Positions 28,435-38,950 of a DNA stretch of 64,000 nucleotides are shown in pieces. A program made the position numbers and the translations under genes. The DNA lies in assembly GCA_048938445.1 (NCBI GenBank), contig JBHLME010000001.1, positions 1-64,000 on the forward strand, read 5' to 3'. Source of the stretch: Promethearchaeota archaeon (GTDB lineage Archaea > Asgardarchaeota > Lokiarchaeia > Sigyniarchaeales > SOKP01). The notes under the pieces are model-generated. The model saw only the letters and a program-made list of their open reading frames with translations. It was not told the origin of the DNA and ran no database searches. How positions within the stretch are numbered: position 1 is the stretch's first letter; each line of letters opens with the position of its first letter.

Positions 28435-29361
28435 TTAAAGTAGTATTATTAATAACAAAAGCATTAACCAAAATAAAATCCAAATTAGAAAGAGGGAAAA
28501 ATAAAGAAATAATGAAATTTTCCTTTTCCATTTATCATTTTTAATATTAACTATTATTATTAGGACTATTAAACAAATGAATAATAAATGAGGCATTTGT
28601 ATTAATCGCCAGATAATTAAAATAAAATTTACTATAATAGAATCGGTTAACTCTCCCGTAATATTTAGCCAATTTGAAACCAATTGCGTGAAATAATTAA
28701 AATTAATCATGTATGGAATACAAAAAATAACAAATGGAAGGATATAATAAAGGATATTTTTCAATTTAATTTTTCTAATGACAATTAAAGACACTGGAAA
28801 TATTACAATAATTGTTTTAAACATTGCAAGAGCAAAAAAAAATCCAGATAATAACTTTCTCTCCTTTTTTAATTGTAAATATGAAAAGAAAAGAAATAAT
28901 AATATCAACCAATTTGTATTGTTGAGATACATATCAGCAAAATATCCAAGACTACAAAAAATGAAAAAAAATAACATGTCTTCTTTATTCTGAGTTATTT
29001 TTTCTATATTTAATACAATATAGATAGTTGTAAATAGTCTTAGGACATCCCAAACATAAACTGAAATATCTAAAGGGATGAGATAAAAAGGAAAAAATAT
29101 GAAATACCAATAATATAGATAAATCATTTTGTCACCTGTTAAAGGATTTTCTTTATAGATATCGAAGATTCCGTTATCCATTAAAGTGTATAATGTTTTA
29201 AAATTTAAGTCTCGATTACGAATTAGAACATAAAAGAAGAGGTTATCTGAAGGAGAAACTATTTGAATAAAATAAAAAATTATTCTTAAAATAATTAAAA
29301 TAATAGTTATGACAATGATTATAATTAGAAAGATGTTTTTATATTTCTTTAATTCTTCCAT
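28435..29361 (-). CDS. GT87-like (GT-C fold) polyprenyl-sugar-dependent glycosyltransferase
   Basis: After TM1: D...Y...IY...Y.Y.....F.PF..IP....W; then D...NN.N and G...ALA.FK, the GT87/PimE-like pattern. Confidence 0.7.
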   Translation of the reverse strand: MEELKKYKNIFLIIIIVITIILIILRIIFYFIQIVSPSDNLFFYVLIRNRDLNFKTLYTLMDNGIFDIYKENPLTGDKMIYLYYWYFIFFPFYLIPLDISVYVWDVLRLFTTIYIVLNIEKITQNKEDMLFFFIFCSLGYFADMYLNNTNWLILLFLFFSYLQLKKERKLLSGFFFALAMFKTIIVIFPVSLIVIRKIKLKNILYYILPFVIFCIPYMINFNYFTQLVSNWLNITGELTDSIIVNFILIIWRLIQMPHLLFICLIVLIIIVNIKNDKWKRKISLFLYFSLFLIWILFWLMLLLLIILL

Positions 29362-29542
29362 TAAAGAGATTAAGATACTTTAATATAAAATGATTATTTT
29401 TTAAGTAAAGTCTTTTTTAAATAGTAAAATTCCCATAAAATTGAAACTTGATTAGAGTTCTCTATTTAAAATAAAAAAGTATTAAAATAGATTTAATTTT
29501 AGTAATTAAATTTTAATAATTATAGTGATTTTCTGAATTATA

Positions 29543-30034
29543 ATGATTCAATTAGAAGTAAAACTTCCTGATCAACCGGGCTCTTTAGTGGAATTAATTA
29601 AACCCATTTCTGATAATGGTGGAAATATTTTTGGCATTTTGCATCATCATGATAAAAAACTGAATAATTTAATTCCCGTAACTGTGACTTTCGAAATTAA
29701 GGACGAATTAATGGAAAAAAGTCTTAAAAAGATTCAAGAAGAATTTAATAATAAAAAAATAGAAATTGTAAACATCACTTTAGGCGAAAATAAACGTCAA
29801 TTAATTGTAATTCTTACTGGACACGTGTTTGAAACAGATATCGTAGATACTATAAAACAGTTAGCTTTAAAAAAAATAAAAGTATCCGAATTACAAGCTA
29901 AATTTACTGATATTTCAGAAGTAAGCAATGTAAAATTCAAGTTAAAATATCCAGAATCCACCACGAAAGAAGAATTATTGACTGAACTTGAAAAGATTTG
30001 TAATGAAAAGGATCTTTCGCTATTGAGAAGTTAA
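29543..30034 (+). CDS. ACT-domain protein (archaeal homoserine dehydrogenase regulatory-subunit type)
   Basis: LPDQPGSL...I.PIS..GGNI..I.H and ILTGHV..TDI.DTI; hom and thrC lie nearby. Confidence 0.85.
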   Translation: MIQLEVKLPDQPGSLVELIKPISDNGGNIFGILHHHDKKLNNLIPVTVTFEIKDELMEKSLKKIQEEFNNKKIEIVNITLGENKRQLIVILTGHVFETDIVDTIKQLALKKIKVSELQAKFTDISEVSNVKFKLKYPESTTKEELLTELEKICNEKDLSLLRS

Positions 30035-30057
30035 TTACATAATTAAAATCCTTAAAA

Positions 30058-30210
30058 ATGGCAAAAAAAAAAAAAATTCCAATAGGAAAAATTGCATGTC
30101 ATTCTTGTAATGAAATCATTGATGAGGGACTTACTTTTTGCCCTGAGTGTGGAGAACGCATCCCAGAGTTTTTACGATTCAATCCTGATTCCACAGGAGG
30201 TCTTTTTTAA
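30058..30210 (+). CDS. 50-aa zinc-ribbon protein (not in the ORF track)
   Basis: MAKKKKIPIGKIACHSCNEIIDEGLTFCPECGERIPEFLRFNPDSTGGLF, with CxxC-x10-CPxCG; 23 nt after the ACT gene. Confidence 0.8.
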   Translation: MAKKKKIPIGKIACHSCNEIIDEGLTFCPECGERIPEFLRFNPDSTGGLF

Positions 30211-30509
30211 ATATAAATTAAGAGAATTAAGGTAAAAGAACTAAAGAAATGATCTTATTTTTTTTTTTATATAATAGACCTTTAATTTCTTTAGTAATAG
30301 CTTAAAATAATAATATTAGATTTTTAATCGTCTTAAATAATTCCTTAATGTTGAAAGATTGATGATCTCTTCTGAATATTTATGATTAATACTCCATCAG
30401 AAGATAACAACGTTATTTCAATTATTTCTTGAAAAAATATCTAAATTTTTAAATAGTTAAAACGGTATTACTATTAAGTAATTTAAAGATTAAAACTAGG
30501 TATACCTAT

Positions 30510-31370
30510 ATGAGCTCTGATGAACATTCTGTTAAAATCACGATTTACTGTCCAATCTGTAAAACCATGGGTCAAGTAAGGATTGAAAAAAATATCGTAA
30601 CTATGAGTGATAAAGGTGTTACAGCTGTGAACGTGGCAGAAAACCTCATATGTGAGCACTCCTTTGTAACTTATATTGATAAAAATCTCGATATTAGGGA
30701 TTCCTTTGTTTGTGATTTTAGAATTGAAATTCCACAGATTGGAGTCCCTGAAATTGAAACTCAAGATACTAAATTAAATTTTGATTTAAGTATTGTTAAA
30801 ATTAATCTCATACCTTCAGTGTTAGCTAGAATAATTAGAGCCGTGCTCATGGGTGAAAAAATAGTTTTCATCTCTGAACAAGAGTTTTTAAATGGGCATT
30901 ACATAAGATTTTTAGAATACGTGTTTGGAGCTACTTTCAATATAGATTTAATTTTTTTAACAAATAATGACTATAAGAAAAATAAAAAGAACTATAAGAA
31001 TCATATTGTAATTGATAGTGTTAAAGTTATAAGAGATAAAAAAAAATTAATTGAACAATCAAAATTGAAAATCGAACTGGCATTTGTACAACAATTTTAC
31101 AAGGAATATGATGAAATAACGAGTTTAATTATATTTAAAAATGAAATCGATAAAATTGAAAGAATTATACACCAAATATTAAAATTTCATAAGACGCAAA
31201 AAGAAGGGAGGGAATTTAATACAAAACAAGCCATAAATTATTTACGGAGTATTTATAAAATCATAGTACCACTTCCTTATTTTAATTTCTTATTAGATAT
31301 TATTGAAAGTTATTTTTCAATCAACTTGAATCGACCTTCCAAAATGATTGACTTTTTAGGACTGATGTGA
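30510..31370 (+). CDS. Hypothetical protein with N-terminal CxxC...CxH zinc site and possible DENN-like core
   Basis: CPIC...ICEHSF; AVLMGEKIVFIS resembles the cDENN LL.E.KI.F.S motif. Confidence 0.55.
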   Translation: MSSDEHSVKITIYCPICKTMGQVRIEKNIVTMSDKGVTAVNVAENLICEHSFVTYIDKNLDIRDSFVCDFRIEIPQIGVPEIETQDTKLNFDLSIVKINLIPSVLARIIRAVLMGEKIVFISEQEFLNGHYIRFLEYVFGATFNIDLIFLTNNDYKKNKKNYKNHIVIDSVKVIRDKKKLIEQSKLKIELAFVQQFYKEYDEITSLIIFKNEIDKIERIIHQILKFHKTQKEGREFNTKQAINYLRSIYKIIVPLPYFNFLLDIIESYFSINLNRPSKMIDFLGLM

Positions 31371-31548
31371 AGTTATCTTGATATATTTTAGCAGATATTC
31401 TAAGTCTTAAGTTATTAAATTAAATGAAAAAAGTAGATTTTTTTTTTAATTTTATAATGAAAAATATACCAATATCTTATGTATTTTTATAATACAAATT
31501 TTATTATATATTTTGAAATAAATAATTTAGAATTTATAGGTGTAATAT

Positions 31549-32292
31549 ATGTTACCACCAACAGAATTTATTGAGGGATTATTTAGCCTGCTTTATGTAA
31601 TTATCTCCACGTTTATGGGTATTTTAATAGCATCGAAATATTCAATATATAGGGATAACACATTCCTTTACATTGGTATCGCGTCAATTGGACTTGGTAC
31701 CACTCATTGGCCTTCTTCGGTCTCGTTTCTTACCAATGTACTCCTTAATCAGCCCCTTCCAGAAGACATTTTTCTTCTCACTTCAAGTGCTTTTATCTCA
31801 TTTTTTTTAATTATATGGATTATTGGAATTAGTAACTTGTTATTTGACAAAAAAAATTTAATATTCATAATTTTGTTTGTAATACTTCATATTACAATGG
31901 AAACCATATTTTTAGTGGCATTTTTCATAAATCCCGATTATGTTGGAGAGGTTATTGGTCCATATAACTTAAATGCAAAGGTAACAACATTAATGTTCGT
32001 TTTAGGGATTATCAATCTCTTAACAATAATTATAACAGGATTTTGGGCAGCAGTGAGATCCATGAAATCGACTAATCGCTTGATCAAGTTAAAAGGAACA
32101 TTCTTATTTTGTTCTTTTTTATTGTGGTTTATAGCAATCGCTTTAGAGATTCGTGCCGAAGTGCCAACCATTGGAACAGTAATCATAAGAACTCTTTTAA
32201 TAATAAGTGTAGTTGGATTATATTTTGGATTTGTAATGCCCAATATTGTTCAAAAATTCTTTATAAAGATTAATCTTTTAAAACCAGAATGA
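31549..32292 (+). CDS. Seven-TM membrane protein of unknown function
   Basis: About 7 TM helices, GGTG SD upstream, C-terminal LYFGF.MP. Confidence 0.65.
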   Translation: MLPPTEFIEGLFSLLYVIISTFMGILIASKYSIYRDNTFLYIGIASIGLGTTHWPSSVSFLTNVLLNQPLPEDIFLLTSSAFISFFLIIWIIGISNLLFDKKNLIFIILFVILHITMETIFLVAFFINPDYVGEVIGPYNLNAKVTTLMFVLGIINLLTIIITGFWAAVRSMKSTNRLIKLKGTFLFCSFLLWFIAIALEIRAEVPTIGTVIIRTLLIISVVGLYFGFVMPNIVQKFFIKINLLKPE

Positions 32293-32422
32293 AACTTAAA
32301 ATATACTCTAATCTATTTTTATTTAATTTTATTCTTAGAGTTAATTTATCATTTAATTCAACTATCAAGTATTTTCTACTTTCACCCTTAGAACATTAAT
32401 TTTATAAAAAATACTTGAAAAT

Positions 32423-33565
32423 TTAATCCTTAGGAATAATGTTTACGATTCTCTTGTTTTGAATCAATGAAATTGCATTTTCAGGACAATGTAGAGCACA
32501 TACTCCACATCCAATACAATATTCTTCTATCCTTTCAGCTCTATCATCATCATTTAATTCAATTGCATCATTGTGGCATTTTTCAACGCAAGTTCCACAT
32601 CCCGTACACACATTTTGGTCAATTTGAGCCACCCAATTAGTTGAATTATTCAATGGTATGAATGCATGGGACCTACTGTTAATACAGCAGCATTTACAGC
32701 AATTACAGATAGCAACTTCCTCCTTACTGGTATCTGAATACAGATGGTAAGCTTTATGAACCAATCCTGCTTTCTCCGATTTTTTTAAGATTTCAAGAGC
32801 CTCTTCTTGAGACACCATTCGAGAGAATCCATGTTTTGACGTATGTCTTGCAGATTTTCCTAAAGTAAAACAGTTTTCAACCTCTAATTCAATTTGCTTG
32901 CATGGTTCCCCCAAAAAATGCTTTTGATGCCTGCAATAACAATGTCCAGCAGCAATCTCATCATATTTCTTGATTAAATCTTCAATCCTTTGGGTTGGTA
33001 AAATTTCTTCTAAAGGAATGTCCAATTCTTTATCAATTGAAATTTCAATCGAGTCTCCATCTTTATTTTCTAATGTAGGAACCGTTCGATCGATTGGAGG
33101 TAAAGTTTTCAAGAATTCGGTTAATGCATCTTGATTCATATTGAAACTTTTCTTTAATTCTTCATGTAATTTATTAAATAATATAGCGAGTTCTTTATTT
33201 TCTTCTGTTTTTTCAAGTTTTTGCATGAATATATATTCCGATTGTCTGATTATTGGTAGTAATCGATATATCATAACACCCCTTCGGTTTGGTTGATCAA
33301 ATATCACACCCATTTTAGCAAGATTAGAAACATTTTTCAATATTTCTTCTTCTGATAATTTAGAACTTTCTTTTAACTGCTCCATAGTTTGTGAAATATT
33401 TCTTCTAAAGGCTAAAATAAAATCCAATTCTTCTACTTTAATCGTGTGTTTTAAAATTTTTAAAAGAACATCAGAAAAAGGAATGGGAAATTCACCAGCT
33501 TTGTTTAAAACGTTTACAACTTTTTTATATTTGAGATCTATGTTCCTTTCTTCTTTAGCAGACAT
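32423..33565 (-). CDS. 4Fe-4S dicluster ferredoxin-domain protein
   Basis: CTGCGTCVEKC and CIGCGVCALHCP, plus CYCR, GLVH and ICNCCKCCC. Confidence 0.9.
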   Translation of the reverse strand: MSAKEERNIDLKYKKVVNVLNKAGEFPIPFSDVLLKILKHTIKVEELDFILAFRRNISQTMEQLKESSKLSEEEILKNVSNLAKMGVIFDQPNRRGVMIYRLLPIIRQSEYIFMQKLEKTEENKELAILFNKLHEELKKSFNMNQDALTEFLKTLPPIDRTVPTLENKDGDSIEISIDKELDIPLEEILPTQRIEDLIKKYDEIAAGHCYCRHQKHFLGEPCKQIELEVENCFTLGKSARHTSKHGFSRMVSQEEALEILKKSEKAGLVHKAYHLYSDTSKEEVAICNCCKCCCINSRSHAFIPLNNSTNWVAQIDQNVCTGCGTCVEKCHNDAIELNDDDRAERIEEYCIGCGVCALHCPENAISLIQNKRIVNIIPKD

Positions 33566-33700
33566 TTTTTATTCACGATATTTTTTTACCTATTTTTAAA
33601 TAACAGATTTATTTAATCTTTTTATGTATTAAAGCTTTTTATAATGTATTATACTCTAAAATATTATATTTTAGAATTTTACTTAATGCGAGTGAATAAA

Positions 33701-34705
33701 ATGGAACAAAAAATTTGCTTAATTGGAAAAGGAAATGTAGGAACGTGTCTTCTCCAGTTATTGAAAGATAAAGAAAAAGAAATTAAACAAAAATTTCAAA
33801 TCAATTACTCCATTATGGCAATCTTTGAAATTGATGGAGCATTAATCAATAAAAATGGAATAAATTTAGGAGAAGTTATAGAGAAAGGTAAAAATTATAG
33901 AGATTTACCTTATTGGAACTCTGGTGTTAAAGCAATAGAAGAATTACCCAAATTAGATTTAGATATCTGTATTGAAACAACACCAACAAATCCAGATACA
34001 GGAGAACCTGCCTTAAGTCATATAATTACAGCATTAAAAAATAGAATAAATGTTGTAGCCTCAAATAAAGGACCATTTTATTTACAATACGAAAATATTA
34101 AAAAATTAGCAAGAGAAAATAAATGCTCCGTAAGATATGAAGCAACTGTAGCTAGTTGTGTTCCGGCTTTAAGTATTAGGGAAGGACTAATTGGAAATAC
34201 GATTACGAGTATAAAGGCAATATTAAATGGTACAACTAATTATATTTTAAGCAGAATGTCCTCTGAAAGCGTAGAATTCTCAATAGCATTAAAAGAAGCC
34301 CAAGAATTAGGATATGCCGAGGCAGATCCTACATTAGACATAGAAGGGTATGATGCAGCAGGGAAGTTAGTAATATTAGCAAATGAATTACTTGGGTGGT
34401 CAAAAACGATTAAAGACGTGAAATCTAAGGGTATTTCTAAAATTAATGCACAAACAATAGAACTAGCTAATATAGACGGATTAGTAATCAAGCATTTGGC
34501 CATTGCGGAAAATGATAAATTAATTGTTGAACCTAGATTAATAGAAAAAGACAGTCCATTAAATATTTCAGGAACGTTAAATGTAATTGAGCTTCAAACC
34601 AAGAATGCGGGTCCAATTATTCTCATGGGTCGGGGAGCTGGGGGCTGTGAAGCAGCCTCTGCAATATTAAATGATATGATAAATATATCATTAGACCAAA
34701 ATTAA
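33701..34705 (+). CDS. hom: Homoserine dehydrogenase
   Basis: GKGNVG, VV.SNKGP, YEATV, ILNGTTNYIL, AQELGYAEADPTLDIEG.DAAGK, GRGAG. Start set at MEQKIC (ORF track starts 33644). Confidence 0.95.
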   Translation: MEQKICLIGKGNVGTCLLQLLKDKEKEIKQKFQINYSIMAIFEIDGALINKNGINLGEVIEKGKNYRDLPYWNSGVKAIEELPKLDLDICIETTPTNPDTGEPALSHIITALKNRINVVASNKGPFYLQYENIKKLARENKCSVRYEATVASCVPALSIREGLIGNTITSIKAILNGTTNYILSRMSSESVEFSIALKEAQELGYAEADPTLDIEGYDAAGKLVILANELLGWSKTIKDVKSKGISKINAQTIELANIDGLVIKHLAIAENDKLIVEPRLIEKDSPLNISGTLNVIELQTKNAGPIILMGRGAGGCEAASAILNDMINISLDQN

Positions 34706-34746
34706 AAAAGTAGAATATATCTATTTATTTTATTTAGATAAAGAAA

Positions 34747-35307
34747 TTGAGTATGATGTTAATGAACTTCGAATTTAAAAGCCAATTTAGGGGAATTATT
34801 TCTGTTATTGGAGCAAGTGAAATCGATAAAGAAACTGAAAATAAAACAATTGAAATTGGGAGGTTATTAGCAAAAAATAATTATATCGTATCTTGTGGAG
34901 GTTTGACAGGAGTCATGGAAGCCGTTTGTAAGGGTGCTAAAGAAGAAAATGGATTAACAATTGGAATCATTCCATATAAAGATAAATCTGCTGCTAATCA
35001 ATATGTCGATATTGCTATTCCTGTTCCTTTTTCACAGGCACGAAATATTGTAGTTGTATTAAGTGGAGATGCATGTGTTGCAATAGCAGGGAAGGCTGGA
35101 ACATTATCTGAAATATGTTTTTCATGGATATATGGTAAACCACTTATTGCTTTAACTGATGTCGAAGGATGGTCTTCAAAAATCGCAGGTCAGAAACTTG
35201 ATGATCGAAGAGAGGATACAATACATGCTGCAAAAACACCAAGAGAAGTCATTGAGATCATAAATAAAGTTTTAAAATTAGATAAACCAAAAGGATTTTC
35301 CTTTTGA
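34747..35307 (+). CDS. LOG-family / TIGR00725-type Rossmann-fold protein
   Basis: CGGLTGVMEAVCKGA, TIGIIP, ARN, GTLSEI. Confidence 0.9.
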   Translation: MSMMLMNFEFKSQFRGIISVIGASEIDKETENKTIEIGRLLAKNNYIVSCGGLTGVMEAVCKGAKEENGLTIGIIPYKDKSAANQYVDIAIPVPFSQARNIVVVLSGDACVAIAGKAGTLSEICFSWIYGKPLIALTDVEGWSSKIAGQKLDDRREDTIHAAKTPREVIEIINKVLKLDKPKGFSF

Positions 35308-35340
35308 ATAGTTTTAATCGATTACAATCATAGAATTTAC

Positions 35341-36666
35341 GTGATAAATATCGAGGAAAATAATGTATCTAGAACCAAGATAAAGACGTTTCTAAGTTCT
35401 AACTCTCTATTCGTGAAGAAGTTATTTAAAACGATGTTAGTATCCATCATTTTAGGTGGTTTTTGTGGTATAGTAATGGTGTTATTTAATTATTTATTAC
35501 TTATTTTTAAATTTAGCTTTTCCTTCTTACCCTATTTCCTATCACCATTAATCGCTGGGTCATTAACAAGTATTTTAGTTAAGTTGGGTAAATTTGACAG
35601 AGTACTAGGAACAGGGGCTACTGAATTTGTTGAAGAAATACATGAAACAAGAACAAAATCTAAAAAAATCCCAAATTTAATTGCTAAAACATTTGCTACT
35701 TCTTGGACATATGGTTCGGGTATTATATGTGGTGTTGAAGGACCTGGAATTTTAATTGGTGCCGATATAGGTCAAATCCTTTCAAGCAAGTTGGGATCAG
35801 ATGAAAAAAACAATATGTTTATAGGTGCAAGTGCCTGCACGGGTGCAATTTTAAAAGCACCTATAACTGGAGCACTTTTTTGCGCGGAATTGCCATATTT
35901 AAACCATATTAAATACGAATCATTGATTCCTTCTATTCTAGCATCAACCGTAGCATATCTAATCTTTTGTTTATTTTTTGGGTTCAAACCTTTAATAGAA
36001 AGTAATATTTCGTTTAATCCTGATCTTTTTTTTCACATAACTCTTTTACCGCTACTTTTTTTATTTGGTATTATTACTGGACTCATCATCTTAATCTTTA
36101 TGGGAATTTTAAATGTGATTAAATCTAAATTGAAAAACACATTCCAATCAAAATCCTTATTTTGGCTACTTCCATTAGTAGGGGCAACTTTATATGCAAT
36201 TTATCTACTAATACTTATCCCTTTTACTGAAGAGCAATATCAAGTAGCTTTCATAGGTCCAGACATGTCATTTTTATCGTATTTGATAAATAACTTCACT
36301 AAAGTTAGCTTCTTATTTTTAATAGTTGCTCCCGTCCTAATTTTAATTGCAATATATTTTTCAATTGGAACTTTTAATAGCGCAGGAATTATTTTACCAT
36401 TAATGCTATTTGGAGGTCTGGTTGGAGGTTTATTTGGTGTAATTTTCTATCCTAATAATCCTGAATTATTTGTAATATTAGGAATCTCAGCTGTCTTGGG
36501 ATCAGCAACAAACAATCCCATCGCAGCAATAGCAATTATCATTGAAATGACATGGATTCCAGAATTATTCATTCCTGCAGGAATTACTACTATCATTACT
36601 TATATTTTTAGTGGACCAAACTCTATTATTCCAGGGCAAAGATCAGTTAAATTTCAATTGATTTAA
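35341..36666 (+). CDS. ClC chloride channel/antiporter family protein
   Basis: GVEGP gating-Glu motif, APITGALF..E, AGII.P, P.AA.AII.EMT. Confidence 0.9.
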   Translation: MINIEENNVSRTKIKTFLSSNSLFVKKLFKTMLVSIILGGFCGIVMVLFNYLLLIFKFSFSFLPYFLSPLIAGSLTSILVKLGKFDRVLGTGATEFVEEIHETRTKSKKIPNLIAKTFATSWTYGSGIICGVEGPGILIGADIGQILSSKLGSDEKNNMFIGASACTGAILKAPITGALFCAELPYLNHIKYESLIPSILASTVAYLIFCLFFGFKPLIESNISFNPDLFFHITLLPLLFLFGIITGLIILIFMGILNVIKSKLKNTFQSKSLFWLLPLVGATLYAIYLLILIPFTEEQYQVAFIGPDMSFLSYLINNFTKVSFLFLIVAPVLILIAIYFSIGTFNSAGIILPLMLFGGLVGGLFGVIFYPNNPELFVILGISAVLGSATNNPIAAIAIIIEMTWIPELFIPAGITTIITYIFSGPNSIIPGQRSVKFQLI

Positions 36667-36698
36667 AATCCCATCTAAATGATAAAAATCCAATTTGT

Positions 36699-37079
36699 CT
36701 ATAATTGGTTAATATTATCTTCCAATTGATTTACTATCAATTTAGTTAAGTCAGAAAGTTTTTCGTATTTGATTTTAGTTAAATAATTCTCAAGAGTATC
36801 GACACTTTCAATCAACATTTCGAAAAATTTATCATTAATACCATTATCTCGCTTTAATTTAGATTCTAAAACAAAACAATATTGATATAAGTTTTGTAAC
36901 CCCATTACTCCAGAATTACCTTTAATAGTATGAAATATTAGGCTAAAATTTTTAATAATTTCCTTATCTTCAAGATTTCTTTTTAGTTTTGGGAGTAATA
37001 TTTTAAAATCTTCAATTAGTTCTTCAAGTTCTTCAATAAAAAGCTCCGTCAAATCTTCTTCTTTCATTATAATATTCAA
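36699..37079 (-). CDS. Stand-alone Hpt (histidine phosphotransfer) domain protein
   Basis: F.EE..E, FHTIKGNSG.MG motif. Confidence 0.85.
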   Translation of the reverse strand: MNIIMKEEDLTELFIEELEELIEDFKILLPKLKRNLEDKEIIKNFSLIFHTIKGNSGVMGLQNLYQYCFVLESKLKRDNGINDKFFEMLIESVDTLENYLTKIKYEKLSDLTKLIVNQLEDNINQL

Positions 37080-37175
37080 TTCTTAAGATAATTTTAAAAT
37101 TTCATTTATGAATAATGAGTTAAATTCATAAATATCACGGTAAAAGATAAATTTAAAATTTTTGTTAAACTGATC

Positions 37176-37439
37176 TTGATCATGGTTAGAATTAGCGGAG
37201 GGGATGGTTCCTCCATAGATAAAGCTATAGTTATCTCAGACTGTGATCACATGGAAGGTATAGACCAGGAATATAGAGAAATTAGACGAAAATTTGGGTT
37301 CTATAAACTGATTGAACAATCCTTATTAGATGTTAAAGGTAGAAAATATGATAGATTAATTTTGGAAATAGACGGTCCTCAAACCATAGAAATTTATTTT
37401 GATATTTCAGAGATTTTTGGAAAAGGTTTTGAATTTTGA
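37176..37439 (+). CDS. Small conserved hypothetical protein
   Basis: GGDGSS...AIVI...GI..EY...YD.L...IYFDIS pattern; co-oriented with thrC. Confidence 0.6.
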   Translation: MIMVRISGGDGSSIDKAIVISDCDHMEGIDQEYREIRRKFGFYKLIEQSLLDVKGRKYDRLILEIDGPQTIEIYFDISEIFGKGFEF

Positions 37440-37469
37440 TAATTTAAATTTACTAATATCGAACAATCC

Positions 37470-38831
37470 TTGATAATAATGATGTTGCATTCTACAAATA
37501 AAAATACTCAAGATGTTGATTTTAAAACAGCCATTATTAGGGGCCAAGCATTAGATAAAGGTTTATACATGTTAAATGAATTTCCTAAGCTCAATAAAGA
37601 GACGATTTTCTCTTTTAAGACCTTTAAGATTAATGAAATTGGTCATCTTATATTATCAAAAATCGTGGGAGATTCCATTCCAAAAAAAGACCTAGAAAAT
37701 CTTATTGATAAAGCTCTGAATTTTGATGTTCCAGTCGAAAAAATTAATGATAATGATTATATTTGTTATTTAGACCGAGGACCGACTGCGAGTTTTAAAG
37801 ACTTTGGGGCAAGAACTTTAGCACGAATCATGGAATATTATCTTGAAGAAGATGATTCAAGGGCTATCATATTAACAGCAACATCGGGAGATACAGGAGG
37901 TGCTGTAGCACAAGCATTTTATAACATGGAAAGAATAAAAGTGGTTGTATTATATCCCAAGAATGAAATTAGTGATTTACAGAGAAAACAAATGACTACA
38001 CTTGGAAAAAACATAACCGCAATTGGTATTAACGGAAAATTTGATGATTGTCAACGCCTCGTAAAAACCGCATTTGCCGATCAAGAATTGAAACATCTCA
38101 ATCTCTCCTCTGCAAACTCGATCAATATTGGGAGATTAATCCCTCAGACACTTTATTATTTTTGGAGTTATTCTCGTGTTGTTGAGAGAGAAGGAGAGAA
38201 AGTAATATTTTCGGTACCTTCGGGTAATTTTGGAAATTTGATGGGTGGATTGATAGCATTTAAAATGGGACTTCCTGTAAAAAAATTTATCAGTGCGGTT
38301 AATGAAAATGATGAATTTCCGCGATTTTTAAAAACGGGAGAATATCATAAAGTGGAGCCTTCTCGAAAATGTATAAGTAATGCCATGAACGTTGGACACC
38401 CCTCTAACCTTGCAAGATTGATTGATTTATATGGTGGTCATTTAGATGAAACTGGAATAATTCATGTCAATCCCGATATTGATGAAATTAGAAAGGAGAT
38501 CATTTCTTACTCAATTTCAGATGAATTGACTAAAGAAACAATTGTCAATTTTTACAAAAAATATAACAAAATAATTGAACCACATGGAGCAGTGGGATGG
38601 GCATGTCTTGAAATTTTTCGCAAATCTTATCCTGAAAATGAACAATATAAAATAATCAATTTTGAAACAGCTGATCCTGCAAAATTTCCAGATGAGATTA
38701 TATCATTAATAAACATTAATCTAAAAATGCCAGAATCGTTAGATTTAATTAGTAACAGAAAAGAAAATCCAAATCCAATAGACATTAATAAATATCAAGA
38801 ATTTAAGAATTTCTTAAAAAACAACTTCTAG
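37470..38831 (+). CDS. thrC: Threonine synthase
   Basis: GPTASFKDFG (PLP Lys), ATSGDTG, SANSINIGRL, VPSGNFGN, SNAM.VG.PSN, TA.PAKF. Confidence 0.96.
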   Translation: MIIMMLHSTNKNTQDVDFKTAIIRGQALDKGLYMLNEFPKLNKETIFSFKTFKINEIGHLILSKIVGDSIPKKDLENLIDKALNFDVPVEKINDNDYICYLDRGPTASFKDFGARTLARIMEYYLEEDDSRAIILTATSGDTGGAVAQAFYNMERIKVVVLYPKNEISDLQRKQMTTLGKNITAIGINGKFDDCQRLVKTAFADQELKHLNLSSANSINIGRLIPQTLYYFWSYSRVVEREGEKVIFSVPSGNFGNLMGGLIAFKMGLPVKKFISAVNENDEFPRFLKTGEYHKVEPSRKCISNAMNVGHPSNLARLIDLYGGHLDETGIIHVNPDIDEIRKEIISYSISDELTKETIVNFYKKYNKIIEPHGAVGWACLEIFRKSYPENEQYKIINFETADPAKFPDEIISLININLKMPESLDLISNRKENPNPIDINKYQEFKNFLKNNF

Positions 38832-38950
38832 CCATGTTATTTATTATTTTATCAATTAATTGATAAAGAATTTAAATAGAATACGATATATTTAAGTTAA
38901 GGTATTTTTTTTTGTTATAAGAATATTAAAAGTTTTAAAGTGGATAATCC

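Noticed and set aside
30063-30076. A14 homopolymer in the zinc-ribbon ORF as a phase-variation tract
   Set aside because: Long A/T runs are frequent throughout the window and the frame is intact.
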